Source: Lama guanicoe (Eukaryota). From it: a stretch of DNA of 64,000 bases. The notes under the pieces were generated by a model. The model did not search any database and had not been told where the DNA came from. It was given only the letters and a program-made list of their open reading frames with translations. The stretch is from NCBI GenBank assembly GCA_013239625.1, contig MU054323.1:19985082-20049081 (forward strand), written 5' to 3'. Both the position numbers and the translations under genes were made by a program. Positions 12,319-25,200 of this stretch are shown in pieces (the first letter of the stretch is position 1; each line of letters opens with the position of its first letter).

Positions 12319-13057
12319 AACCCCAGAATTAACTTCTTCACCACCAAACTTTTTAAAAAGTGAATATATAAAACAGAGCTCTCCAGATTTCACTTAGAAA
12401 GTCTAACTTCTCTTAGAAACTCTCAGCGAAGCAGAAGGGAGCTAATAGTTTGAACTCTGCTTTCTGCCTCCATTCTCCGACTTCTTCCTCCAGCCCTTGA
12501 GTCATTCCCTCCTTTTGGCAGAAATTAGCTTGGGAAAACTCACCAGTCCTGTAATTCTGAACAACTTTTTAGCAGGTACTCTGCCTGTACCAAACAGTGC
12601 CTGGCTGTCTCTTCTTTATCTTGTAGGTCAAGCATAAGTGTCACTTTTTCAGATTGCCCTTCTTTTGATCTCTCACTTTCTCTCTCTTCATTTAAGTTAG
12701 ATCCTCCTTTTATGCTTTCTCCTAGCATCCTGTTATTTTTATTTCTACAGTTTCTAATGATATATTTGGTATTTACTTCTGTCACCTTTGCAATAGCATA
12801 AACTCCAGGGACATAGGCCCCGCATTTGTTTTGTTCAAGACTGAATGTTCAGCTCTATGCCTGACACTTGGTGAATGAGGAAACTAAGATTTAAGCATAT
12901 TAAAAGTCTCAGAGTTACACAGGGCTCATGGCAGGATAGGAGTTTCCCAGTCCCCTTTCATTACACCTTCCTGATTCCCTTGAGTATCCATGAAAAAATT
13001 GTTAATTTAACACTTTGAAAATTATGGTTATTAAAAACCTTGACTCTTTCTGTTAAG

Positions 13058-13207
13058 ATACGGTTATCGAGGAAAGGACTGTCGCGCTAATGTTTACCTT
13101 CTTCCTACCGGGGAAATTGTTTATTTCATAGCATCAGTAGTAGTACTATTTAATTATGAGGAGAGAACTCAACGACACTACCTGGGTCATACAGACTGTG
13201 TGAAATG
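13058..13207 (+). CDS. EML4: EML4 exon 8 (150 nt): YGYRGKDCRANVYLLPTGEIVYFIASVVVLFNYEERTQRHYLGHTDCVK(C)
   Basis: In-frame translation of the HELP motif; donor GTTGGT at 13208. Confidence 0.96.
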
Positions 13208-13969
13208 GTTGGTATCATTTAACGTTTGTTCATTTTTTAATTTCATGCCCTCATTTTTGTATTTTTTTTTAATCTGGGTTTTTATTGGAAATGATTTCTT
13301 GTGAGAAACTCAAAACTTAAGGATATTATGGGCATTCTGTGGAATACATTTTAAGAAGAAAAAAAGACTTAACAGGCCTCCAGAACGGTTTGTGTGGTAT
13401 CCGCAGCGGTAAAACATCTCATCTGTAAATTTCAATTGGGACGTCTTCTGCTTTCTCAGATCTTTTATGGTCTTTTTCTTCTGGTCTATAACATCAAATA
13501 TAGGGGGGGCAGACTAGACTTATGTCATATTTCTGAGAGTGATTACTGATTATTAAATATTGATTGAGAATTTATTTTATGTAGATAAATTTTGGACTTG
13601 AGGCTTTGGGGCAGAGGTGGGTGGAGGAAATCATGGCTGAATATGGATCAAAATATCCCATAGGATGTCAAACTATAAAAAAATCTAAGAGCACCTTTTA
13701 AATGTTTAGGCATGTTTTAAGTTTACTCACTTTCACCACTTCTTGTTAAGTTCAATTGTCTATTGCTTAAATCCATTACTTTCCCACATTTAAAAGCTTT
13801 TCTTCTATGTCTGTACTATTCTGGCAACTATATCTTTATCTAGAAAAAAATGAATATATATTAGACTATTAAAATATTATATAGGTATTATTAAATTTTT
13901 AGAGATGATTAAACTATTGCCTTTCTCAAAGGAAGAATAATTTATGTATGGAATTATTTATTACAACAT

Positions 13970-14410
13970 TGTAATAATACAGATCAGAAACAGCCTAAAT
14001 ATCTTTTAGCTGGGGCTAGGGAAGTTGTAGTGTACCCACAGGTTACCATGCAGCCAGCTATAAAGGAAGAGTGAGGAAGGTCTCTGTGTGTTAATATGGA
14101 AAGATCCCCAAGATATATTCCTAAGTACAGATTTAAAGAATGGGAAAATGTGCAGTGTTCTACCATTTGTGTGAACAGGACGTAGAAAACAAATATTTAT
14201 CTTGCCTTCCACATATGTAAAAATATTCCAGAATTATTAATAAGAAGAAACTGATTACAGTGATTACCTGGTTACGGTTTCAGAGAGCAGGGATAACAGC
14301 AGGGTAAATGAGATTTAGCACATGGGGGCAGAATAGGAAAGAGACTTGCACTCAGTGTCTTTTTATAGCTTTTGATATTTGAACCATGTACATATATTAC
14401 CTAATTCAGC
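13970..14410 (+). mobile_element. Ancient L1ME/L1MC-like 3' fragment
   Basis: GAAACAGCCTAAATATC..TGATATTTGAACCATGTACATATATTACCTAATTCA. Confidence 0.55.
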
Positions 14411-15468
14411 GATTTTACTCTTTTGAATGTGTTTTTAAAGGTTTGAACTAAATATGGCAGAATGTTAATGTTAGATTTTTTAGTTACTTTTGATATAATT
14501 GACCTCAATAAAGGACATAAACTATTTAAGTAAGGGGAAATAGAATTACTTAAAGAAACATATTGATGAAATCTAGCCTCCTTAGTGATCAAATAAAGTG
14601 ATATCAATTATACCAATCAATCATCAAGGCATTTTAAAAGATACTATTCTTAATATGGGGAAGTTTAAAAGTTGTGAAACTTTTAAAACATTTTTATTTC
14701 TTATGACAATTTAAATTGCTACTACTCTTCTGGAAAATGATGAGTAATACATACCAAGAACAAAAAATTTATATTCCCGGCTGAGTTTACCCCTTGGTTG
14801 CAACACGTAGGAAGATTCTGGATACAAATGTGAAGACATCTTTTAAAAAATCTTGCTCATCACTTGTATATTTATCATGAGAAATGTGGGCATATATGCT
14901 GCAGTATTTTCAATTTGTACTTAATAGTTCCTTGCCCAAAGTTTGACTTATAAGAGTTTAGCATTAAAAATGAATTAAAAAGTAGGTGGCCTAAATTTGA
15001 AGGTGTTCACTGCTGTGTTCCTTTAGAAATGACAGAAGAGCTGTTAATAATATGCGTAAAAATTATATGGCAAAATGGGAAAATGCTTATGTTTTGATAA
15101 AGTGAAATTGCACAATGCAGTGTTGCATCTTCACTATTAATAAAGCCATGTGAATATTTTTGCCTATGTTCAGGACTCGGAAGGAACAAAAGAAGATAGT
15201 TTATCATGCCACAATTATGAGTAAATATTTTCTTCATATTTAGTGCTCTAATAATTTGCTTAGTTTTAAAAAGAAAGAAGTACAGCTGAAAACTTAGAAA
15301 AGAAATCCTTTAGGTAATTGATGTTTATTTGATTTGCTAAAGAAAATAAAATAAATGAGTCACAGAGGCATTTATTAATGATTTAAAGACTATTTGTTTG
15401 AAAAATGTTGATACTGAGGCATGATTCTGCTGTTTTACATGTTACCTGTATTTAATACTGCTTTTTAG

Positions 15469-15538
15469 CCTTGCTATACATCCTGACAAAATTAGGATTG
15501 CAACTGGACAGATAGCTGGAGTGGATAAGGATGGAAGG
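15469..15538 (+). CDS. EML4: EML4 exon 9 (70 nt): LAIHPDKIRIATGQIAGVDKDGR
   Basis: TTTTTAG acceptor, GTGAGT donor, frame continuous. Confidence 0.96.
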
Positions 15539-16204
15539 GTGAGTGACACAGTTTTATGCATTCTGTACCTAGTGATACTGCTATTAGAATGGAATTGGTT
15601 GTAATTTTAACCACAGCTCATTTATTGTATTCTTTTAAAATGCAACTATCAAGGGATTTATAGTATAAGCAGGGAAAAAATATTAGAATGTAATAACATT
15701 CCAAAAAAAACAAAAGAGAATCATACTAAAATATTTTTTAAAAAAAAAAAGCATTCTCCCTAAAGAAACTATTTACTTGTAAAAATGGGAGAACTAATAA
15801 ACTTGTTACATATTTTTTAAACAGAATAAATTATCTATGTTTGCCAGAAGGTACTGAAATTTCCCTAAATTGATGGGCCCTTGATTTTATATGTGATTAG
15901 AACTGGTAACACTTAAAACATTTTTCAGTTACTATTTCATATTATTAAGTTGGCTTACATGACAAATCCATTATTTGTAAGGATCAACAGTGAATATTAA
16001 TGATGACTGATTAGCATACATATGACTGACTGTACTCACAACAGTCTCTGGCATCAGCTTCTTTAAAGAAAAGGACTTAGAGGGATTATACTGAATGACT
16101 TTTAAGACCCCTTCCAGTTCTAAATTCTATTTAAGGACTGTTTCCGTAGCAATTTATTGGACAATGATTTCTTTTTTTAAAAAAAAAGACATTATTTTCT
16201 CAGG

Positions 16205-16430
16205 AGTAAAGATCATGTTTACAGAGCAGACTTGCTGGGGTTAGAATCCTGACTCCACCTTTTAATCGCTGGATAACTATGGGCGAGTTGTTTAAATCTC
16301 TTGTCTCAGTTTCCTCATCTGTTAAATGGTGATTATAATAGTGCATAACCCGTAGAACTATGCAAATTAAAAACACTAATACATGTAAGATACTTAGTAA
16401 ATACTCAAATCATTTTCTGCTACTGTCATC
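16205..16430 (+). mobile_element. MIR SINE
   Basis: GGGTTAGAATCCTGACTCCACC..GGGCGAGTT..TCTCAGTTTCCTCATCTGTTAAATGG. Confidence 0.75.
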
Positions 16431-16645
16431 ACTTGTTAATTCCTTATTTTCATGGTATGAGAAGAAAATACTTGTTCGAGATTCTTTCAGGGCTTGTGTA
16501 AATGTAGTAGCTATTTTTTATTAATGTCTATCCGTACCTATTATTTTTTAAAGACGGCAAACAGTTCCTGTGGTAATGGTTATTTTCATCTACCTAAACA
16601 CTAGTAAAGCCCTACCAGCTTGTGTTTTTCCACTTATTTTTGCAG

Positions 16646-16756
16646 CCCCTGCAACCCCATGTCAGAGTGTGGGATTCAGTTAGTCTATCTACACTGCAGA
16701 TTATTGGACTTGGAACTTTCGAACGTGGAGTAGGATGCCTGGATTTTTCGAAAGCT
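16646..16756 (+). CDS. EML4: EML4 exon 10 (111 nt): PLQPHVRVWDSVSLSTLQIIGLGTFERGVGCLDFSKA
   Basis: TTTTTGCAG acceptor, GTAAGT donor. Confidence 0.96.
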
Positions 16757-17083
16757 GTAAGTAACAGTTTTCAAAGGAATAAGTAAGCTGCACAAAGACG
16801 CAGAAAAGAAATTAAGCTCAGTTTGTGTGTATGTGTTCATATAAAGTGATAACTCTGAATTGAAAAATGAGATGTTAGCTAGTGCTTAGCAATGGCCAGC
16901 ATTTTAACCTCAGTACTAAAGTACTTTGGTGTATGTAGGATCCAGGATATTATACTTAATTATACATAATTTTTTTCTGTCCTGAAATAGGATGCTAATA
17001 TAATAACAAGAAATGGTTATGACACTGCATACATAGCATAGTAAAACTGAAACAAGCAGTAAGATGTGCTTTTACTTTAGCAT

Positions 17084-17212
17084 TTTTAGGGAGGTAGAGG
17101 GAAGTAATTAGGTTTTTATTTATTTATTTATTTTAATTGAGCTACTGGGAATTGAACCCAGGACCCCATGCATGCTAAGCATGTGCTATACCAGGGAGCT
17201 ATACCCTGCCTG
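17084..17212 (-). mobile_element. tRNA-Ala-derived camelid SINE (Vic-1 type)
   Basis: Reverse complement reads GGGTATAGCTC..GGTATAGCACATGCTTAGCATGCATGGGGTCCTGGGTTCAATTCCCAG (A and B boxes), then (AAAT)n tail; degenerate TSD TTACTTTAGC/TTGCTTCAGC. Confidence 0.85.
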
Positions 17213-18452
17213 CCTTGCTTCAGCTTGAATCATATATTATAGTGTCTACAGGAGAACTTCTACATTTTAGGATCCATAATTTTTAATTTCAGATACAAGT
17301 ACCTCTCCATATTTTATTGGGCTTCATTCATGCTTTAGTATGAATGTTATCTGTTCAGTTCCTAGCTATCAGCAGTTATATTCTGGATTATGGGAGTTTT
17401 GTGAGACATGGAAGAGGAAGGGACATTTTTAGAGCAGAAAGATAAATCTGGGTGGATATAGGAACTTTACTAGCTTGAAAGCACTGAATGTCAAGGGGCC
17501 TAATGAGTCAAGAATTGGGAGAAAGACATTTGAAAAAGAAGGTAAGATGGCAGAAGGGAAACACTTTTATTACGTTTTTTACTCCCTAAAATTTCTGTGG
17601 CAGCAACTGTTGTCATCTTGTTGATACCGCTGTTATAGTGTTAAGACTATCTTGGATTGCCTTGTACTCTATAACTTTTCCTAGTTTAGGCAGTCATTCC
17701 AGTATGGGGTAAAAGACAGATACAGAAAAGAGAGTAAGCTCTGCTCTTCCTCAGTACTTCTCACTCATCACCACCACGTTTCTTTGTTCCGTAGACATCA
17801 TAAGGCATACACTACAAATGCTACTAGAAAAAAAAATAGTCTTTTAATATCATTTGTGGTTTTTTTCCTTAAACTTGGAGGTACAAATTATGTGAATGAG
17901 AATAGTTTCAGAAAAATAGATTAAAAGGAATTTAGTTATGTTTTTACTTATCTTACTTATTCGTGTTAATGTAAATCAGGTATATCATGGAAAACTGAAA
18001 TTGGGAAACTTGAAAATAGCCATTAATTTCAACTTGTTCCATGAAACTGTCAAAATTTAGGAGCAAAGTTGTGACATTACAGACATTTCATGTCTACTGC
18101 AAAGGAAAATACTTTAAATACAGTCAGCAAGAAGGAAGCATAAGATTCAGAATGGTCTAGGGTATCCTCAAATTAATTGTTTGCTATCTCTGAGTAATAG
18201 AAGTGGCTTCATGACAAATGGAGAGCAACCTAGGGAAAAAAATTAAAAATAGAAAAAAATTTTAAGAATCTTTATAATATTTCTGAAGAAAATACAGTCT
18301 TAGTATATTCATTATATTTAAAGGAATCATGAGTTTAAAGGATTTTGGATTATCTTAATGTTGGCAGTTTTAATAATATGGTATTTCTTCTTAGAATATC
18401 AGCCTTGTCTGAAAATTTTAAAATGCCTTATTTAAATTGACTTTTTCTTTAG

Positions 18453-18548
18453 GATTCAGGTGTTCATTTATGTGTTATTGATGACTCCAATGAGCATATG
18501 CTTACTGTATGGGATTGGCAGAAAAAATCAAAAGGAGCAGAAATAAAG
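18453..18548 (+). CDS. EML4: EML4 exon 11 (96 nt): DSGVHLCVIDDSNEHMLTVWDWQKKSKGAEIK
   Basis: TTTCTTTAG acceptor, GTAAAA donor, WD motif. Confidence 0.96.
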
Positions 18549-19509
18549 GTAAAAAAATTTTAATCAAGTACTATCTTTCAGAATACAGTATTTGTTTTGC
18601 AGATCCTTGGAAGAATAGTGCATTTCCTTAGGTTGCAAGAACACACCAACTGGCCAAATTAATCAAGTTTATTGATTTGTCATCATTCTTATGGGACTCT
18701 TAAGATAAAACAGTCATCAGCTTCAACCAATTTCGGTAATATCTCAGACACATTGTACTCCTGACACATGTGATGGATGCCAAAGTAGATGGATGTCTAG
18801 TCTCAGAATTAAGAATGGCTTTGCCTGGCTTTTCCTTCTTTAACAAAATGTTATTTTGTTCAATCTTCAAAGCTTAAAAAAATCTAAAGGAAAAACTTAA
18901 CCTCAGGAATATGACAGACATAACTGTAAAGCATATGTAATGATGAGTTTTTTTATCTTAATTATGTTTCTGGGATTATTACATAAAATGCTACAGCATT
19001 TTTACCTGCTGTAGAATAGTGTCAGTCCTTTTGTGTGGGTCAGGCCATAACTTGTAAGAGAAGAATGCAAGGTTAGCACGGCAACTGCGTTCATATGGTT
19101 CAGAAATGGCCTCCCTCTGACAGGCTTTCAGAGGGATTCAGAGTGACAGGATGACTAAAAAAAGCCTGTCACGTATTTGCTGTACTCTTAAGTAACACCA
19201 CATTCCTCTTCAGTTGCTCTCTTAGTTTTGCTTTCTATAAGCTTTACACTTTCAGCTTGTTGGATGAAAAGAGGTTATTTCTTTTAAATAGTGTAAGTTA
19301 AGCTTTTGAAAGAGGTAGAGTAGATTTGATTGTACTTGATGAAAGGAATGTAAGGTGTCAAGAAAGCTCAAACTTCAGAAAACATGAATGGAGATAGGTT
19401 GTCTTTCAGCCATCGTTCAGAGTAATTTAACACTGAAACCATAGGGAAGTTACACTGAAGTGAAATACGTGAATTTTGATCCTTTGTAGTAAAGGCTACC
19501 AGATGAAAT

Positions 19510-19945
19510 CTGTGGTTTTCCTCCTGCTGGTCACTCCTTGGTTTCCTTCCCAGGACCTTAAATGATGGTACTCTTCGGAGTTACATCCGCTGTCTTCTGC
19601 TGATAATCATGTACCGCTCCCGTTGCTCCCTTGGCCTTAATTACGATTTGGTGTGGCCCATGTCTGTTAATGCCAGCCCAGATCTCTCTCACAGATTTAA
19701 ACCTATATTTCTTATTGCCTCCTGGGCATCTTTATTTGAATGCCTCATTCTGCAAATCAAGAGCAACATGTCCAAATCTGTACTAATCAAATTTCTTAGC
19801 CCCCAACTAGTATTGCCTCTCAATAATTAACATTACATTCCACTTAGTTGCCCAGGCTAGAAACTTGGGCATCATTCATGACTCCTTTTCCCTCATTTTT
19901 CACGCCCAGTCAGTCAGCACATTCTCTCAACTCTTTCTCCCAACT
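19510..19945 (+). mobile_element. LINE-2 fragment
   Basis: CAGCCCAGATCTCTCTC..TCAAGAGCAACATGTCCAAATCTG..GCCCAGGCTAGAAACTTGGGCATCAT. Confidence 0.6.
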
Positions 19946-20264
19946 GTCTGTATTAGAACTCTTTCATTGCAGATGACTTCAAAACAACTAAAGCAAACTT
20001 AAAGAGAATTTATTGATTCATGTTGAGGGAGGAAAAGAAAACCTCTACTAAAGATCAGAGGGAGATTTTGCCTCAGGAATGACTTGACTGGGAGACTAGA
20101 CCACTGATTCTCTCTCTCTCCTCTTGGCTCCTCCCTGTGTGTTGACCTTATTTTGTTCTTCTGTATGTGAGCTCTGTCCTTGCTTAAGTCACAAGGATTT
20201 GGGCCGTTGATGCATTACTTGTTTACTTATGTAAGTTTAAAATTCAGTAAGGCAACTTCAAAAC

Positions 20265-20640
20265 CTGATTGACAGAAATTAAGGAACACCTAAATAATCA
20301 GAGGATTATACAGTAATAATGAATAGAAGACAATATGGTAAAGATGTAACTTCTCTGTATTATCTATACATTCAGTATAGTCAGAACTCCAGCATGATTT
20401 TCATAGAAGATGGCAAGATGAATACATGTAGAAATATGAATGGGTAAGAATAGACAAAAATCACCAAGACTGGTGAGGATGTGAAGTAACTGAAACTCTC
20501 ATATACTGCTGCTGGTCATGGAAATTGGTGCAGCCATTTTGAAAAATTATTTGACATTACCTAGTTAAGGTGAACACACACGTATGCATACCCTCTGACC
20601 CATCCTGCTCCACTCCTACGTATAAGCCCAAAGGAGTATA
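20265..20640 (+). mobile_element. Ancient L1 fragments (ORF2 and 3' region)
   Basis: GGTGAGGATGTGAAGTAACTGAAACTCTCATATACTGCTGCTGG..TGGTGCAGCCATTTTGAAAA. Confidence 0.7.
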
Positions 20641-21885
20641 TATATAAAAGAATAAAATATACTTTGACCCACTAGGCTTGTATAGTTCCTTACTAATCAT
20701 TGTGGAGAATTATATAAGAAAAGATTACTGTCCTTTTCCTCTATCTTATAATCTTAAATCTAGTTAAGGAGAAACAGCATTTAGATTGGATAGCTTGAGT
20801 TTTATTTATGTAGCTATACAAGGCTCTCTAGCTCAAATGTTAGTAATAGAAGTGTAAAATTTGTGAAGCTGTTAAATAAGCCATGGGAAAATTTTAAAAT
20901 TTACATCAGTTCTTTCAAGGGTCATTTTATTAGTATAAGAATGTAAAATGTATTTCTTTAAATCACTTTGTTCCTAAGATTACCATGTTTACCATATTGG
21001 TTTGCAATAAGGAAAGGCTTCCATACACGTAAAGTTCTTTGTTAAGTTAAAAAATAAACATTGATCACCCTGCAGATGAACACCAGCTAACAATAAACAG
21101 CTTTACAAGCATGTTTTACCTCACTGTTAAGTTTGAATAGGTGTTTTTACCATAAAGCATCAATTTAGTAAGAATTCAGTTGTGATTTACTGAACATTTA
21201 GAAATATACATACTGTTTTAAAAATATCCTCAATTCAGTAATGTCAGTGAAAAAACTGTACTTGTACTTACTTTGTGACTTTCCAGGCTGCTTTCTTCCT
21301 TTCTCACTCCAGTTCTTTTAAACTTAATTCTTGGTTTTTTCTACGTTTTTTTGAGGAATGAGCATAAAAGCCTTTTGCATTTTGTTTTTTCATTCTTTAG
21401 GAATCAGTAGTGACCATTCTGTGCCTTCCTTCAACCTGAGGATGAATCTCTTTATCAGAAATATTTGTTAAATGAATCATCTATAATAGTAGTACAAAGA
21501 AGAATAAAACTGGTTTTTTTTTTAAGACTGAAGTGGCATTGTCTTTAAGACAGAATGTGCATTGTGCTTTCATTTACTAGTGTTAGTGTACCTTTCCCTG
21601 AAGGTGCAAGAAATTAAAATAATCTAAAACTGTAATTCATATAAATACCTTCCTAGTGCAGAGTTACTATATATAGATAGCATAAAAGATGCTGTAATAG
21701 GATAAAGGCATCAAATTTAAATCATTATACTAAAAATCTACTACTAAAGTTTTTCAGGAAAATAGATCTTGGATGAAAAGGCGTTCCCTTAAGATTTTCC
21801 CCTGTCTTTGATTATCAGTACCTGATTGGTACTTAATGGAGATAAGGATATACATTCATCTAAAACTTTATTTTTCTTTCCACAG

Positions 21886-22020
21886 ACAACAAATGAAGTT
21901 GTTTTGGCTGTGGAATTCCATCCAACAGATGCAAATACCATAATAACATGTGGTAAATCTCATATTTTTTTTTGGACCTGGAGTGGTAATTCACTAGCAA
22001 GAAAACAGGGAATTTTTGGG
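21886..22020 (+). CDS. EML4: EML4 exon 12 (135 nt): TTNEVVLAVEFHPTDANTIITCGKSHIFFWTWSGNSLARKQGIFG
   Basis: TTTCCACAG acceptor, GTAGGT donor; lies within ORF 21826..22134. Confidence 0.96.
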
Positions 22021-22134
22021 GTAGGTATCAGAATGTTAAAACTTCATTATAAAACTTTAATTTTTTCATTGTTGAGTAAGCATAACGTCATCATGCCAAA
22101 GGGAAAACTAAAAATTCTCATTGTTTCATTGTAG

Positions 22135-22270
22135 AAATACGATAAACCAAAGTTTGTGCAGTGTTTAGCATTCTTGGGGAATGGAGATGTTCTTACTGGA
22201 GACTCAGGTGGAGTCATACTTATATGGAGCAAAACTACTGTAGAACCCACACCTGGGAAAGGGCCTAAAG
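22135..22270 (+). CDS. EML4: EML4 exon 13 (136 nt): KYDKPKFVQCLAFLGNGDVLTGDSGGVILIWSKTTVEPTPGKGPK(G)
   Basis: TTGTAG acceptor, GTACAG donor. Confidence 0.96.
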
Positions 22271-25200
22271 GTACAGTATTCTCATACTAAAATCATTCTT
22301 TTTAATTTGCACATACTGCTGTCGCAGGCCCATCTCTTACCCAGACCAGGAGAGAGTGAGCTGCACGGAAACAGTATGAGAGTCATGAACATACATTTTA
22401 TTTTAAAGGTTCTCCATGACTGTGTTTTTCATTTTTTTTTTAATCAAATTACTCACCCAGTTACTTATTAAGCATTTTGACTATATTGCACCTTTCCTTC
22501 CAAAAGGTTAATACAAAATCATTAGAAAGAGATATTACAGATCCATGTTAATTTAAGCAGTATAAAGATAAAGAGAGAAATCATCCCAAATCTTCAGTGT
22601 TTGGTGAAGCCTTCACAGAAGAAATTGTATTTAAGCTTAGTCATAATGAATGTACAACACATTAGGGAAACAGTGCAAGTAAAGGGAGAAAGATGGATAT
22701 GAATGTGAGGCATCCAGGATAGCGTGAATAAATTTGTCACGTGTTAACAGAAGCAAGAGATAGCCAGCATGAAGGAAATAGAATTTTAAAAAATAGTAGT
22801 GTTTTGTAACTTCTCTTACCATATACTAAGCCATTGAAAGTTCAAATAGGATTAAAGATACAGATTTTCTGAGTTATCCACAAGAATCTTTAAAACTGGT
22901 TGAGATCACCATGAAAGAGAGAAGAGTTATGAGGCCAAGGAATCTTTGTCCCACAGTTAGATGACCAGAAAAGATCCTGCGAGGATTTACAGAAGTAGGA
23001 TTTTTTTTTTTTAAGTTAGCAGATGAAACTCTTTATTTAGTGCCCCTGAACAAGGAAAGAGAGAGTTACCAGGAGTCTCAGTGCTTATAGGGAGATCAAG
23101 AAGAATAAGAACCAAGAAAAGACCATTGCAATTGCAATTTCAACATTAAGGCCCTGGAACAGCCAGGTATATAGAATAGCCAGTTTCGAAATGGAGAATT
23201 TTGAGGATCTCAGTTGAAAATGAAATGGAAAATAAAGTTTTAGAATGAACCAGTAGTCTTTAAGGTTGCCTAAAACCTGGAAGTAAAATGGGAATTGCAG
23301 TGAAAAAAAGGAGGTTAAAAATCTTGAGAGAGAGAGAGATGAGAATAGCTGGATTGGGCCTAAGAAGGAAGAAAAAGTGTCCTTGACAGAAAGCAGCAGC
23401 CTACATTTCATCCTGAGACTGGAGCTTTAGAAGGCTGAGGTATCTAACATGGCTAAATGGTAGAGGTCATGCAGGGTGATACTGCCCTCAGTAAAAGCAG
23501 CTCTCCATTGAAAACTTGAAGTTGTTAACTTTTAATGGATAACATAAGAATAATAATACAGTAAAGCATCACATAATCAGACTCCATTGCTTCAGAATTT
23601 GATTTCAGAATTAGGATCCAGCTGGAAACCTTTGACTTGCCTGTGGAAATTGGATTTATTATAATATATGAATACTAAAACCAAAGACCTATAAAATTAG
23701 AGGTATCATTTTTTAAACAATTAGTGATTAAAATTATTCTTCTCACCTCACAAAAGGATGTTTCCACGGACCTTTTCTTAACAACTATTGATTACTCTTA
23801 GTTATTTGTAATATGGACACGTTGTCCCAATTAGTACATTTATGGCATATTTCCTCCCTTTCTCTTCTCCTTTTCCCAACATAGACTACAGGATTTACTC
23901 TCCACTGGGCTGGGTCTGGAGAGATCTTTGAGAACAGTATGCATGGCCATGTGATAAAATGGTAGAGGGGAGGAAAAAAGAATAAACTCAATCTCCTTTT
24001 TTCTTTTTCTCTCTGTAGCCCCTCCTCCCACCCCAATAGTTGGCCTTGGCATTCATTCAGCTTTACCTCAAATATACAGATATAATTTTTTTCTTAAACC
24101 CCATTTGCACCCAAATACACTGCTCCACTTTACCCTTTTCTGTGGTAGATGATAAAATTAGAGGAAAACATTGAAAATAGCCTTTTTTCAATCCTGTTTT
24201 TCCTTACTGCTTAAGGACAGAAAAACGGGGTGGGGGGGAAGCCCAGAGTACCATGTACTTCCTTCGAAGCAGAAGGTTATGAGAGAAAAATTAGAGACCT
24301 TTTCTAAAATCAGTAGGCTGGGAGCAGAGATTCTTCATTAGCAGCAGTAAGTGGTAGCAGTAGGAAGAGAACTGGTCGAACCAGTCTGTCTGTGAGTTGC
24401 CCCCAAAAAGGAGAGAGAAAGGTGACGTGGAACCAACCTGGGGTTCCTGAGACACCTCCCCGGGGGACTGGCAGAGCAGCATGCCCCTTGCTTCCCTTAT
24501 CCGCCTCACATTAAACACTGAAACACTCCTTCCCTTTGTCTTTCTGGAGCCTCTGCAGCAGACCAGGAAATCCCAAGTGACCTACGAATAGCAGAATCCT
24601 TGTTTCCCTGCTCTGGAGGAAAGACCCAATTTACATGTCTTGACTTCCCAGATAGACTTTCTCAGGGCCAGCACATCGTCTGGCACTTGGTATTAGCTGT
24701 TTGAAAATTATTTGTTAAACGTTTTATTAAGGAAATGACTTTAATCTTACCTTTGGGTGTCACTGTAAGAGTAAAAGTTGAGTAGTACTGATGACAGCAT
24801 CATTTTCACTAAAATGTGGAATTTGAATATAGAATTGTAGGTGTCTTATGATTGTGAAGATTTTTATACTGTATTTTTTAGGAGATACACTAGACTAGTG
24901 TTTTCCATTTCTGTTCACCTGAATTTTTAAGTTTGGTGGTTGAATTGAATTAGATGTGTTCAGAAGTTAAAAAAAAAAAAAAACTTCAAGTTGTGTTACC
25001 AGTGACCCCTGATCTCCATTATTGGCCATGCATTCTTAGCCTCTCTCATTCAGTTTAGATTTTAAAAATCACATTTAAAAAGAATTGCAGTGGGTTCAGA
25101 ATTTTTTTAATGTAGGATAGAGTTTACTTTTAATGCTCAAAATCTGAAATTATCAAAGTTTTTATAATATACATATATACATCATTGATCAACAGATACT

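Larger units (their letters stand above)
11810..13057 (+). other. U12-type (minor spliceosome) GT-AG intron
   Basis: 5' site GTATCCTTTT; branch motif CCTTGAC at 13038-13044, about 14 nt upstream of the AG at 13056-13057; no long polypyrimidine tract. Confidence 0.93.

Noticed and set aside
17140..17210. tRNA-Ala-like sequence (also at ~34590-34658 and ~34920-34994)
   Set aside because: Broken stems, A-rich tails and TSDs show these are SINE heads, not tRNA genes.
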